In this document: positions 50,045 to 61,686 of the stretch, in pieces | Position numbering within the stretch: position 1 is the first letter of the stretch | Layout of the letters: each line of letters opens with the position of its first letter | Origin: an uncultured Anaerostipes sp. | GTDB taxonomy: Bacteria > Bacillota > Clostridia > Lachnospirales > Lachnospiraceae | Assembly (NCBI GenBank): GCA_902494405.1 | Contig: CABUTD010000002.1 | Location: 20,428-84,427 of the forward strand | DNA length: 64,000 bases | Reading direction: 5' to 3' | Notes under the pieces: generated by a model | The model's database searches: none | Told to the model about the DNA's origin: nothing | Seen by the model: the letters and a program-made list of their open reading frames with translations, nothing else | Position numbers and translations under genes: made by a program

Positions 50045-51130
50045 CTATAGCAAGAGCTTTGCTTTGCCGGTGGAGTTTCTGACAATTAACTCCGGCTCAT
50101 ATTCCATCCGCATAATATAGTGATGTTTGGAAGAGGTGCTCTTTTGAGCATTTTTTCTGTAAATAATATCCACGGCCTCCTGTCCTTTATAAAGAGATGC
50201 ATGTTCAATGGTTGTCAGCGAAATCTGAGGCATAGAAGACAGGGCGATATTGTCAAAGCCGCAGACAGAATAATCATTGGGAACCCTGCAGCCGTAATCG
50301 GAGATGGCGGCCATAATTCCAAAAGCAGTCATATCATTATTTCCCACAAAGGCAGTAGAAGAAGTATGCTGCTCTAGTTCCTGTGTCGCAAGGTCGTATC
50401 CGTTTTGATATTCTGAGTTGTCAGCCGGATAACGTCCGTATGCTGCCAGTGTCGGAGATTTTACTTTAATTTGTTCCGGGTCCAGACCGTGGTCTTTAAA
50501 GCAGGAGCGAAGGCCGTCCAGACGATGGATTCTACCGACTTCTTTTGGTCGAATCGGCGTTGATATGTAAGTAATATGCTGATGCCCCAAGGAAATTAAA
50601 TGTTCTGCCAGCATGTATCCCGGTTTTTTGCTGTCCAACTCTACCGCATCGAAGCGGCAGGCATCCGGCTTATCTCCGATGGAGACTACGGGAACCTGCT
50701 TGGATAAAGCGTTGGCTTGTGTAATTTTGGTCGGGGGATACAAAGAAATTACCCCGGCAAGCTCAAACCCGGATAAAAGGTTTAAATAAAGCTCCTCCTG
50801 AGAGACATCCCGCAGAGTATTAACCGTAAAAACCGTATATCCGTAATCTCTGGCGCGTTCTGTAATGGAATGAATGATCATGGAGTAGTATCCATTGGAG
50901 AGAAGGGGACAGATGACAATGATACTTTTAGACAGTGCACGCTCCTTTTTTTTGGCGCCGGCAATGGGCTTTTTATAGCCCAGCTCTTTGGCGCCTTGTT
51001 TTACTTTCTCAATGGTTTCCTTTGAAAAAGATACGTGTGGTTTATTGCTTAAAATCATAGAAACGGTGGATTGTGATACTCCGGTATATTCTGCCACATC
51101 TCTTGTCGTAACTTTATTTCGTTTTCCCAT
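50045..51130 (-). CDS. LacI-family transcriptional regulator
   Basis: HTH VTTRDVAEYTGVSQSTVSMILSN with a periplasmic-binding-like sugar domain. ATG 51130 follows GAGGT. Confidence 0.9.
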   Translation of the reverse strand: MGKRNKVTTRDVAEYTGVSQSTVSMILSNKPHVSFSKETIEKVKQGAKELGYKKPIAGAKKKERALSKSIIVICPLLSNGYYSMIIHSITERARDYGYTVFTVNTLRDVSQEELYLNLLSGFELAGVISLYPPTKITQANALSKQVPVVSIGDKPDACRFDAVELDSKKPGYMLAEHLISLGHQHITYISTPIRPKEVGRIHRLDGLRSCFKDHGLDPEQIKVKSPTLAAYGRYPADNSEYQNGYDLATQELEQHTSSTAFVGNNDMTAFGIMAAISDYGCRVPNDYSVCGFDNIALSSMPQISLTTIEHASLYKGQEAVDIIYRKNAQKSTSSKHHYIMRMEYEPELIVRNSTGKAKLLL

Positions 51131-51485
51131 AAAATCAAACCTCATTTCTGTTATAAGCCGTCATATTTTTCTAAGCACAGCTCTGCCGGTGAAAAGCTAT
51201 ATCAATCAAAAAAATATTTTGATTACTTCAAAGCGTTAATTGAATTATTTCTTTGATTATTAATATTATACAAATGATTAATTGGAAATTCAAGGGATTC
51301 GGCACTTTGCGGTGCATGAAAAAAAATACATAGAAATCAGGGGGAATTAATCAAATAAAACGATTAATTAAAAAGCTTTGAAAAGCGCATGAAATGGGCG
51401 TTTGAGAGGTTTGACAAGGGGTAAAAAGTATGATTAGATTAGGGCAGAACGAAACAAACACGAAAAGAAAACGGAGGGCAAAACA

Positions 51486-52925
51486 GTGTATGATGTAGCA
51501 ATAATCGGTGCGGGAATCACAGGCTGTTCTATCGCATATGAACTTGGAAAATATAATGTGAAGGCAGTTGTGATTGAGAAAGAAAATGATGTTTCCGTGG
51601 GAACAACAAAAGCAAACAGTGCAATTATTCACGGAGGATATGATCCGATTCCGGGAACAAAGATGGCAAAGTATAACATCAAAGGGAATCAGTATACAAA
51701 AGAATTATGCAAAAAGCTGGATGTTCCATTTCAGCAGATCGGAGCGCTGGTCGTTGCTTTTAGTGAAGACGAAAAGAAAACATTGGAGGAGTTGAAAGAG
51801 CGGGGAAAACAAAACGGTGTTCCGGATATGGAGATCTGGGATCAGGAAAAGCTTCGCAAAGAGGAGCCTAATATTTCAGAAGAAGCGGTTGCCGCTTTAA
51901 GCTCACCAAATGTTGGAATCGTAAGTCCTTGGGAGCTGGCGCTTGCGTTAGCGGAGACTGCAGTTTTAAATGGAGTGGAAATTCAGCTGAATACAGAAGT
52001 TACCGGAATTGACAAAGAAAATGATACATATAAGATTCAGACCAATCAGGGTGAGATCGAAGCAAAATATATTTGCAATGCAGCCGGAGTTTTTGCAGAT
52101 AAAGTAAATGAAATGTGCAATGAAAAGACCTTTGAGATTACTCCAAATAAAGGGGAGTATTATTTGATGGATAAAAGTCAGGGCACTCTTGTCAATCATG
52201 TGATTTTCCAATGTCCGAATGAAAATGGAAAAGGTGTTTTAGTATCTCCGACCGTTCATGGAAATCTGATTGTGGGACCGGATTCACAGCCAAGTGCCGG
52301 CGATGATGTTTCCACAACAAAACAGGGATTGGACTTTGTAAGAACAAAGGCTTTGAAGTCTGTACCGGGAATTAATTTCAGAGAATCCATCCGAAACTTT
52401 GCAGGAGTCCGCGCAAGAACTGCGGAACATGATTTCCATATTTATGAGGATCCGAAAAATAAAGGATTTATTAATATTGGCGGTATGGAATCTCCCGGAT
52501 TATCCTCCGCATGTGCCGTCGCACTGGATATTGTAAAAATGCTTGCGGCTTCCGGGCTTGCACTGAAACAAAAAGATCACGTGACGGATGAGCGAAAAAT
52601 TGACCGGTTTAAACATTTGAGTCATGAAGAACGTGCAAAATTAGTAAAACAGAATCCGGCGTATGGAAAGATTATCTGCCGATGCGAGACAATTACAGAA
52701 GGTGAGATTGTCAACGCACTGCACCGGCCGATTCCGGCTACATCTATTGATGCAGTGAAAAGAAGATGCAACGCAGGTATGGGAAGATGCCAGGGAGGTT
52801 TCTGCGGACCAAGAGTTCAGGAAATTATTGCTCGAGAGCTGAAGATTCCGTTGGCGAAGGTTCCTCAGGATCGTGTAGGAACAGATATTATTACAGGAGA
52901 AACAAAGGACGGAGGTGCCAGATAA
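51486..52925 (+). CDS. FAD-dependent glycerol-3-phosphate dehydrogenase/oxidase-like protein with a BFD-type 2Fe-2S domain (GlpA-like)
   Basis: GTG start follows GGAGGG. FAD motif VAIIGAGITGCSIAYEL, and C-terminal CRCETITEGEI...CNAGMGRCQGGFC. Confidence 0.78.
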   Translation: MYDVAIIGAGITGCSIAYELGKYNVKAVVIEKENDVSVGTTKANSAIIHGGYDPIPGTKMAKYNIKGNQYTKELCKKLDVPFQQIGALVVAFSEDEKKTLEELKERGKQNGVPDMEIWDQEKLRKEEPNISEEAVAALSSPNVGIVSPWELALALAETAVLNGVEIQLNTEVTGIDKENDTYKIQTNQGEIEAKYICNAAGVFADKVNEMCNEKTFEITPNKGEYYLMDKSQGTLVNHVIFQCPNENGKGVLVSPTVHGNLIVGPDSQPSAGDDVSTTKQGLDFVRTKALKSVPGINFRESIRNFAGVRARTAEHDFHIYEDPKNKGFINIGGMESPGLSSACAVALDIVKMLAASGLALKQKDHVTDERKIDRFKHLSHEERAKLVKQNPAYGKIICRCETITEGEIVNALHRPIPATSIDAVKRRCNAGMGRCQGGFCGPRVQEIIARELKIPLAKVPQDRVGTDIITGETKDGGAR

Positions 52926-54190
52926 TGAAATATGATGTGATTGTAGTCGGCGGGGGTCCTGCAGGATTGGCAGCGGCAGTGGAAGCGAACAAAAACGGCG
53001 CCGAAAAAGTATTAGTTGTAGAAAGAGATCAGGAGCTTGGGGGAATCTTAAATCAGTGTATTCATAACGGATTCGGACTTCACTATTTTAAAGAGGAGTT
53101 AACAGGTCCGGAATATGCAGGAAAATTCATTGACATGCTCAATGAAACCAACATTGAAGTGATGTTGGATACTATGGTTCTGGATGTAGATGAAAAAGAA
53201 AAATGTGTGCATGCCATGAATAAAAAGAACGGTTATATGAAGCTGGAGGGAAAATCTATTATCTTAAATATGGGATGCCGTGAGAGAACCAGAGGAGCCA
53301 TTGCAATTCCGGGAGATCGTCCGGCTGGAGTGTTTACCGCAGGTGCGGCACAGCGCTATGTGAACATCGAGGGATATATGGTCGGAAAGAGAGTTCTGAT
53401 TCTCGGTTCCGGGGATATCGGATTGATTATGGCAAGACGTATGAGCCTTGAGGGAGCGAAAGTTGTGGGATGCGTAGAGCTTTGCCCTTACTCCAACGGA
53501 TTAAACCGTAATATTGTACAGTGTTTAAATGACTATGATATTCCGCTGTATCTTTCTCATACGATTACGGATATTCAAGGGGATAAGCGTGTGGAAAAGG
53601 TCATTGTTCAGAAGGTAGATGAGAAAAATCAGCCGATTCCAGGTACAGAAATGGAATTTGATGTGGACACAGTGTTATTATCTGTAGGATTGATACCGGA
53701 AAATGAATTAACACGGTCAGCGGGAATTGCCATGGACCCTGCAACCAGCGGACCGGTTGTTTATGAAAATATGGAAACCTCTGCAGAAGGTGTATTTGCC
53801 AGCGGAAATGTAGTGCATGTTCATGACTTGGTAGATTTTGTAACAGCGGAAAGTCAGAAGGCAGGAAAGAGTGCTGCGGAATATGTGAAAAACGGTGAGA
53901 CAAAAGATCAGACCTGCATAGATCTGAAAAACGGAGACGGAGTAAATGGTATTGTGCCTCAGAAAGTGCGTCCTTCCAATGTGGAGAAAATGGTGGAAGT
54001 GATGTTCCGGGCAAGAAATGTGTTCCAAGATGTTCAAATCAAAGTAACATCCAACGGAGAAGAGCTGGCATCGTTTAAGAGAGAACACATGGCGCCGGGA
54101 GAAATGGAAAAGATTGTGATTCCAAAAGCATTTTTAGATAAGGTTGAAAACGGAGAAATTACAGTATCTGTAGAAAAGGTAGGTGCATAA
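52925..54190 (+). CDS. Pyridine nucleotide-disulfide family FAD oxidoreductase (partner of the GlpA-like subunit)
   Basis: The ATG overlaps the upstream TAA (TAATG). Two Rossmann motifs, VIVVGGGPAGLAAA and VLILGSGDIGLIMA. Confidence 0.78.
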   Translation: MKYDVIVVGGGPAGLAAAVEANKNGAEKVLVVERDQELGGILNQCIHNGFGLHYFKEELTGPEYAGKFIDMLNETNIEVMLDTMVLDVDEKEKCVHAMNKKNGYMKLEGKSIILNMGCRERTRGAIAIPGDRPAGVFTAGAAQRYVNIEGYMVGKRVLILGSGDIGLIMARRMSLEGAKVVGCVELCPYSNGLNRNIVQCLNDYDIPLYLSHTITDIQGDKRVEKVIVQKVDEKNQPIPGTEMEFDVDTVLLSVGLIPENELTRSAGIAMDPATSGPVVYENMETSAEGVFASGNVVHVHDLVDFVTAESQKAGKSAAEYVKNGETKDQTCIDLKNGDGVNGIVPQKVRPSNVEKMVEVMFRARNVFQDVQIKVTSNGEELASFKREHMAPGEMEKIVIPKAFLDKVENGEITVSVEKVGA

Positions 54191-54192
54191 GA

Positions 54193-54543
54193 ATGACAGA
54201 ATTAATTTGTATTGTTTGTCCGAAAGGATGTCATTTGAAGGTCGATGAGGAAAATGGATATAAGGTGACCGGAAACGGCTGCCCGCGAGGAGCTGCTTAT
54301 GGAGAAAAAGAACTGGTAAATCCTACCCGTGTCATTACTTCTACGGTAAAAGTGGATGCAAAGACAGCCAGAAGAGTCCCGGTAAAGACAGCGGGAGATA
54401 TTCCGAAGGGAAGAATCTATGATATAATGGAAGAGTTAACAAAGGTTACCATGAAGGCGCCGGTACAGATTGGAGATGTAGTGATCTCTGATGTGCTGGG
54501 ATTGGGCGTCGATGTAGTGGCTTGTAAAAAAGTGACAGAATAA
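54193..54543 (+). CDS. DUF1667-domain small Cys-containing protein
   Basis: MTELICIVCPKGCHLKV...GNGCPRG pattern, forming the usual trio with the two preceding oxidoreductases. Confidence 0.75.
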   Translation: MTELICIVCPKGCHLKVDEENGYKVTGNGCPRGAAYGEKELVNPTRVITSTVKVDAKTARRVPVKTAGDIPKGRIYDIMEELTKVTMKAPVQIGDVVISDVLGLGVDVVACKKVTE

Positions 54544-54568
54544 TAAAAATTATCAGGAGGATATAAAA

Positions 54569-55612
54569 ATGAGCGTTATAACATTTGTATGTGCAGGTCA
54601 GATGAACTCTGCAATCACATTTCCGGCATTCGAGAACGGACATGAGGTGCGTCTTGTGGGATCACCTTTGGATCGGGAAATTATTGATGGATTAAGAAAG
54701 GATAATTTTCATATTACCTTAAAGAGAACTCTGCATGATGGTATTAAATATTATCAAATTGAAGAATTGGAAGAAGCTTTGGAAGGAGCAGATTTGATTC
54801 TCGGCGGAGTCAGCAGCTTTGGACTGGATTGGTTTTGTGATGAAATCCTCCCGGTACTGCCGGAAGAGGTTCCGCTTTTAACAGTAACCAAAGGAATGGT
54901 GGATTTAGATGACGGAACGCTGGTTCCATATCCTCACATTTTTGCGCAAAGACAGCCGGAAGGCAAGAATATTAACTTTAATGCAATCGGTGGACCGTGC
55001 ACAAGCTATGAACTGGCAGACCACGATGACAGTCACGTGGCATTCTGCGGAAAAGATATGGAAACATTAAAATTTATTCGATCTCTTTTAGAAACAGATT
55101 ATTATCATATCAGTCTTTCTACGGATGTGGTTGGTGTGGAATGCGCCGTTGCAATGAAAAATGCATATGCATTGGGGGTATCTCTGGCAGTCGGTCTTGC
55201 AGAAAAGAGAGACGGAGAAATCGGCGCAGTTCATTATAACTCTCAGGCAGCATTGTTTGGCCAGGGCGTAAAAGAGATGATTCATTTGTTGGAGCTGATT
55301 CACGGAGGACCGGAAAATATTATTCACGGTGCAGGAGATTTATATGTTACGGTATTTGGAGGAAGAACCAGAAAGATCGGTACTCTGCTTGGAAGAGGAT
55401 TAACCTTCGATGAGGCGATGGAAGAGCTTCAGGGCGTTACCCTGGAATCTATTGTGATTGCCACAAGAACTGCCCGCGCGGTAAGAAAACTGGCGGAAAG
55501 AGGAGTTGTATCCTTAGAGGATTTCCCACTATTAATGCATGTGGATGCAATTATTAATCAGGGAGCAGAAGTGAATATTCCTTGGAAAGCGTTTACAACG
55601 GCTGTAGAATAA
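54569..55612 (+). CDS. Divergent NAD(P)-dependent glycerol-3-phosphate dehydrogenase (GpsA) paralog
   Basis: GpsA-like blocks TKGMV, GGPCTSYELA, GVECAVAMKNAYALG and GAGDLYVTVFGGRTRKIG. The N-terminal dinucleotide loop reads CAGQMN where GAGSWG is expected. Confidence 0.65.
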   Translation: MSVITFVCAGQMNSAITFPAFENGHEVRLVGSPLDREIIDGLRKDNFHITLKRTLHDGIKYYQIEELEEALEGADLILGGVSSFGLDWFCDEILPVLPEEVPLLTVTKGMVDLDDGTLVPYPHIFAQRQPEGKNINFNAIGGPCTSYELADHDDSHVAFCGKDMETLKFIRSLLETDYYHISLSTDVVGVECAVAMKNAYALGVSLAVGLAEKRDGEIGAVHYNSQAALFGQGVKEMIHLLELIHGGPENIIHGAGDLYVTVFGGRTRKIGTLLGRGLTFDEAMEELQGVTLESIVIATRTARAVRKLAERGVVSLEDFPLLMHVDAIINQGAEVNIPWKAFTTAVE

Positions 55613-55628
55613 GGCACCTTTACAGTAG

Positions 55629-57197
<1,569 letters not shown>

Positions 57198-57250
57198 AAC
57201 GTTAGCGATATTATAATTGAATAAAGGAAGAGAGATGGGAAGGATTGACA

Positions 57251-57964
57251 ATGTTACCATATATATCAGAATTTTTAGGAACAATGATTTTAATCTTACT
57301 GGGAGACGGCGTGGTTGCCAATGTAAATCTTGAGAAATCGGGAATGAAAGGGGCAGGAGCGACGCAGATTACGTTGGCATGGGGATTTGCGGTATTAATT
57401 CCCGCATTTATTTTCGGAGCGGCATCCGGAGCTCATTTTAACCCGGCTTTGACCATAGCCCTTGCGGCAATCGGAAATTTCTCATGGTCTATGGTGCCGG
57501 GGTATGTGGCGGCTCAGATCGCCGGGGCATTTGCAGGCGGCATACTGGTGTATGTACTATTCGCAGGGCAGTTTGAAGCAACAAAAGATCAGGCTGCAAA
57601 ATTGGGTGTTTTTTGTACGGCACCATCGATTTCCAATACCTTATTAAATTTGTTGAGCGAAATGGTCGGAACGTTCGTTCTTGTGTTTGCGATTTTGGGA
57701 GTTGGAAATGTAGAGAATGCAAGCTCCATGGGATTAAATTATTTCTTTGTGTTTTCCATTATTGTGGCGATTGGTATGTCTCTGGGAGGACTTACTGGAT
57801 ATGCCATTAATCCGGCAAGGGATTTTGGACCGAGGCTTGCACATGCGGTTCTGCCGATTCCGGGAAAGGGAACATCAAACTTTGGATATGCATGGATTCC
57901 GGTGATTGGACCGATCCTTGGAGCATTGATTGCGGGTGGACTTTTTACAGTGATCCCGTGGTAG
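57251..57964 (+). CDS. glpF: Glycerol uptake facilitator (aquaglyceroporin)
   Basis: Two NPA boxes (HFNPALT, INPARDFGPR) and six hydrophobic helices. Confidence 0.9.
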   Translation: MLPYISEFLGTMILILLGDGVVANVNLEKSGMKGAGATQITLAWGFAVLIPAFIFGAASGAHFNPALTIALAAIGNFSWSMVPGYVAAQIAGAFAGGILVYVLFAGQFEATKDQAAKLGVFCTAPSISNTLLNLLSEMVGTFVLVFAILGVGNVENASSMGLNYFFVFSIIVAIGMSLGGLTGYAINPARDFGPRLAHAVLPIPGKGTSNFGYAWIPVIGPILGALIAGGLFTVIPW

Positions 57965-58167
57965 TGTTACGTTCCTTAATGGGGCACAGCACATGGTAAT
58001 TAATTATTAGAACGGTTATGATCACAATCAGATCAAAAGGAAAGATTATTTGATGAAGGCGTCAGCGATAGAAACAGCTGGCGCCTTTTCTTTGATCTTT
58101 CCCCTTGTTGAACAGATCAGCTTGTTTTATAATCAAAGAAAACACACAGAAAGGATGAATCAGCAAT

Positions 58168-58587
58168 ATGGAATACAGAAAATTTAATCATCAATATGTT
58201 CTTCGGATCGACCGGGGAGAAGAAATCTGCGAGCAGTTAAAAATTGTAGCAAAAAAAGAAAATATCAAACTGGCATATTTGACAGGGATTGGCGCGGCAG
58301 GCAAGATTACAGCCGGTGTGTTTGACACACAGGAAAAGGCATTTAAGGGTCAGACATGGAAGGGTGATTTAGAGATTGTTTCCATTGCCGGGAATATTAA
58401 CACCATGGATGGGGAAACTTATACACACTTTCATATTAGTTTTTCCGATGAACAGGGAAATGTTTTCGGAGGACATCTGACAGAAGCAGTGATCAGCGGA
58501 ACCGGAGAGCTTGTATTAACAGAGATTGACGGCAGCGTAGATCGCAGGTTTGATGAAGAAACCGGGCTGAATCTATTTGAATTTTAA
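58168..58587 (+). CDS. PPC/DUF296-domain protein
   Basis: 139 aa with the pattern LRIDRGEEI...GIGA...GETYTHFHISFSD..GNVFGGHL, typical of the PPC domain. Confidence 0.65.
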   Translation: MEYRKFNHQYVLRIDRGEEICEQLKIVAKKENIKLAYLTGIGAAGKITAGVFDTQEKAFKGQTWKGDLEIVSIAGNINTMDGETYTHFHISFSDEQGNVFGGHLTEAVISGTGELVLTEIDGSVDRRFDEETGLNLFEF

Positions 58588-58608
58588 GAATGCGGAGGTA
58601 TCCAAATT

Positions 58609-59991
58609 ATGGATATGATAACAGGAAGACAATTATATAAAAATGCCAGGACATATGATCAGAAAGAAGTAGAACTTTGTGGCTGGGTAAAGAATAACCG
58701 GGGATCAAAAAACTTTGGATTTCTGGTAATCAGCGATGGAACTTTTTTTGAGCCGATACAGGTTGTTTATGGAAAGGAACTTGAGGAATTTTCAAAAATC
58801 AGCAAACTGACGGTGGGATCATCTGTGATTGTCCGGGGAATTTTGGTTTTGACTCCGGAAGCAAAACAGCCTTTTGAAATCCAGGCAAACAGCGTTGTAG
58901 TGGAGGGAGAATGCCCATCCGATTATCCACTGCAAAAGAAACGTCATACGTTAGAATATTTAAGAAAGATTTCTCATTTGCGTCCGAGGACCAATACCTT
59001 TCAAGCTGTTTTTCGCGTACGTTCTCTCACCGCCTACGCGATTCATAAGTTTTTCATGGAAAGAGATTTTGTTTATGTGCATACGCCGATTATTACCGGA
59101 CAGGACTGCGAGGGAGCGGGAGAAATGTTTCAGGTAACGACCATGGATCTTGAGAATCTTGCAGGACAACATGTAGATTATGAGGAAGATTTTTTTAAGA
59201 AGCCGGTAAGCCTTACCGTCAGTGGTCAGCTGGCAGGAGAAACCTTTGCTCAGGCATTCCGGAATATTTATACCTTTGGTCCAACGTTTCGGGCAGAAGC
59301 ATCCAACACCACAAGGCATGCGGCAGAATTCTGGATGATTGAACCGGAAATTGCCTTTGCCGATCTGGACGACAATATGATACTGGCAGAGCAGATGATC
59401 AAATATGTTATTGGCTATGTTATGGAGCATGCACCGGAAGAGATGAGATTTTTTAATCAGTTTATTGACAAAGGACTGATAGAACGGTTGGAACATGTAG
59501 TTTCTTCCGATTTTGCACGGGTCACATATACAGAAGCAGTAAAACTTCTGGAAGAGCATAATGATCAGTTTGAATATAAGGTATCCTGGGGAACGGATCT
59601 TCAGACAGAACACGAGCGCTTTTTAACAGAGGAGATTTTCAAGAAACCGGTGTTTGTTACGGATTATCCGAAAGAGATTAAGGCTTTTTATATGAAAATG
59701 AATCCGGATGAAAAGACGGTAGCAGCGATGGACCTTCTGGTACCAGCGATTGGAGAGATAATCGGAGGAAGTCAGAGAGAAGATGATCTGGACAAGCTGA
59801 AGAAACGTATGGAAGAGAATGCGATGAATCCTGAGGATTATGAATTTTATCTGGATCTTCGGAAATATGGATCGACGCGCCATGCCGGATTCGGTCTTGG
59901 ATTTGAACGAATGGTAATGTATGTAACAGGAATCGGCAATATCAGAGATGTGATTCCATATCCGAGAACTGTCGGGAAATGCCAATATTAA
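58609..59991 (+). CDS. asnS: Asparagine--tRNA ligase
   Basis: An N-terminal OB anticodon-binding domain with class II motifs [21 protein letters not shown] and GFGLGFERM. Confidence 0.93.
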   Translation: MDMITGRQLYKNARTYDQKEVELCGWVKNNRGSKNFGFLVISDGTFFEPIQVVYGKELEEFSKISKLTVGSSVIVRGILVLTPEAKQPFEIQANSVVVEGECPSDYPLQKKRHTLEYLRKISHLRPRTNTFQAVFRVRSLTAYAIHKFFMERDFVYVHTPIITGQDCEGAGEMFQVTTMDLENLAGQHVDYEEDFFKKPVSLTVSGQLAGETFAQAFRNIYTFGPTFRAEASNTTRHAAEFWMIEPEIAFADLDDNMILAEQMIKYVIGYVMEHAPEEMRFFNQFIDKGLIERLEHVVSSDFARVTYTEAVKLLEEHNDQFEYKVSWGTDLQTEHERFLTEEIFKKPVFVTDYPKEIKAFYMKMNPDEKTVAAMDLLVPAIGEIIGGSQREDDLDKLKKRMEENAMNPEDYEFYLDLRKYGSTRHAGFGLGFERMVMYVTGIGNIRDVIPYPRTVGKCQY

Positions 59992-60033
59992 AAAAGAAAA
60001 TGCATATACTACTTAAAAAATGAGGTGAAAGTT

Positions 60034-60642
60034 ATGCATTCAATCTGGCAGGAAAAAATGGAATTTCCCGACTATCCGATTCTGAGAAGAGATCAGAAAG
60101 CAGACATTGTCTACATCGGAGCAACGCTGCGCCACGGAATTGAGGCGCATTTCCAAAAGGAACAGGGAAAAGCAGTGATGATTCTTGAGGAACAGTCAGT
60201 TGCCAAAGTATCCAAACTCGGAGGCATGGGGATTTTAAAAGCAGGGAATCGGGAAGAAAGAAAAAGCCTTCATATGCTGCGAGACTATATTTGCGGCCGC
60301 GGAATTCCGTGTGATATGAAAGTCGTTTCCGAGGACTGTCTCTGGGTACATCCGATCAAGTTGTTTTTATTTATGACAAAAGATATTTTGGTGTATGAGC
60401 AGACCGAAATCTGCGGACGAAAGGGAAAAAGACTGGATATTGGAAGTGCTTATATTGATGCAGGGCAGATTTTTGAGGAGGAGCGAGTGGGAGATCCGGT
60501 TTATGTCCATGTTTTTGAAAAGGATCTGTTCTTAAAGGAGAAGAGCGAGTCTTTTTTGGAAGTTCGTACTTACAGGGATGTATGGCTCGCAAGTTCTTAT
60601 CGGCGGGAGATAGAAGGAAGTTTATATTACTGGGAAATTTAA
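60034..60642 (+). CDS. Hypothetical protein (possible degenerate Rossmann-like N-terminus)
   Basis: ATG 60034 lies 5 nt after GAGGTGA. ADIVYIGATLRHGIEAH...VMILEE loosely resembles a decayed dinucleotide-binding motif. Confidence 0.4.
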   Translation: MHSIWQEKMEFPDYPILRRDQKADIVYIGATLRHGIEAHFQKEQGKAVMILEEQSVAKVSKLGGMGILKAGNREERKSLHMLRDYICGRGIPCDMKVVSEDCLWVHPIKLFLFMTKDILVYEQTEICGRKGKRLDIGSAYIDAGQIFEEERVGDPVYVHVFEKDLFLKEKSESFLEVRTYRDVWLASSYRREIEGSLYYWEI

Positions 60643-60673
60643 CAGAAATAGAAAATTGGAGGAGGACAATACG

Positions 60674-61120
60674 ATGAGTATGATTGATGTAATTCGCAGA
60701 GAAATGATGACTGCAATGAAAAAGAAGGAAAAAGAGAGAAAAGAAAGTCTTTCCATGCTGTTGAATGCGTTAAAAAATGCACAGATTGATAAAAGAGAGG
60801 ATTTGACGGAGGCAGAAGAAAATTCAATTATTGCAAAGGAAATCAAGCAGACAAAAGAAACCATGGAGTCCTGTCCGCCGGACCGGACAGATATTATAGA
60901 AGAATGCAGGACAAGGCTGGCTGTACTGGAGGAATTTGCACCGGAGCAGATGAGTGAAGAGCAGATCAGGGCTGAGATTGACTCTGTTTTAAGCGAGCTG
61001 GGCATATCGCATCCATCAATGCAGGATAAGGGAAACGTGATGAAGAATTTAATGCCGAGAGTCAAAGGAAAGGCAGATGGAAAGCTGGTAAATCAGTTAG
61101 TGGGAGAAAGGCTGCAATGA
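60674..61120 (+). CDS. yqeY: GatB/YqeY-domain protein
   Basis: MSMIDVIRREMMTAMKKKEKERKE...LTEAEE...GKADGKLVNQLV is typical YqeY. ATG lies 8 nt after GGAGGAGG. Confidence 0.8.
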   Translation: MSMIDVIRREMMTAMKKKEKERKESLSMLLNALKNAQIDKREDLTEAEENSIIAKEIKQTKETMESCPPDRTDIIEECRTRLAVLEEFAPEQMSEEQIRAEIDSVLSELGISHPSMQDKGNVMKNLMPRVKGKADGKLVNQLVGERLQ

Positions 61121-61659
61121 AGAAACTATTAGTGGCAATCGATTTACAAAATGACTTTATTGACGGCTCACTGGGAACGGAGGAAGCACAGAAGATCGTA
61201 TCTTATGCAGCACAGAAAATTCTTGAGTTTCAGGGAGATATTTACGGAACCTTAGATACTCATTCCGAAAATTATCTGGAAACCCGGGAGGGGAAAAATC
61301 TTCCGGTTCTGCACTGTATTTGCGGTGAGGACGGATGGGCGTTAAATTCGGAAATTATGGAAGCGCTTGTCAAAACTAAAGGACGGGTTCATACGTTTTG
61401 CAGGAAGGGAGCATTTGGCTCGATAGAACTGGCAGAGCAAATCAAAGAGGATTTTGTCGGTGAGGATCTTGAGATTCAGCTGATTGGATTATGTACGGAT
61501 ATTTGTGTAATTTCCAATGCCATGATCCTAAAGGCGGCATTTCCGGAGGCGAGACTGATGGTGGATTCCTTATGCTGTGCGGGGGTTACGCGGGAAAGTC
61601 ATGTTCGCGCGCTGGAAGCCATGAAGGCGTGTCAGATTGAAATAATGGAATCAAATTGA
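61117..61659 (+). CDS. Isochorismatase-family cysteine hydrolase (nicotinamidase-like)
   Basis: VAIDLQNDF start and the catalytic-Cys block LIGLCTDICV. The start overlaps the yqeY stop. Confidence 0.78.
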   Translation: MKKLLVAIDLQNDFIDGSLGTEEAQKIVSYAAQKILEFQGDIYGTLDTHSENYLETREGKNLPVLHCICGEDGWALNSEIMEALVKTKGRVHTFCRKGAFGSIELAEQIKEDFVGEDLEIQLIGLCTDICVISNAMILKAAFPEARLMVDSLCCAGVTRESHVRALEAMKACQIEIMESN

Positions 61660-61686
61660 CGGAAGTGTAAATACATCATGGAAGGA

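Noticed and set aside
51378-51392. TTGAAAAGCGCATGA in the glp promoter region looked cre-like.
   Set aside because: When aligned to WTGNAANCGNWNNCW the central CG is out of register by one base, and the right half does not match.
57965-58167. Possible T-box, S-box or other riboswitches upstream of asnS/PPC, metQ (27425-27495) and the MetE-like gene.
   Set aside because: No conserved T-box (AGGGTGGTACCGCG-type) or SAM-I core sequences are visible. The spacers before metQ and asnS are too short.
58960-59613. A long (217 aa) ORF antisense to asnS. Similar antisense ORFs occur at 18000-18590 (murC), 44222-44743 (mtlA), 60622-61065 (yqeY) and 23659-24042 (rplI).
   Set aside because: Each lies fully inside a well-supported conserved gene. 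They have low-complexity or odd composition and no RBS. This is the usual stop-poor antisense frame of coding DNA.
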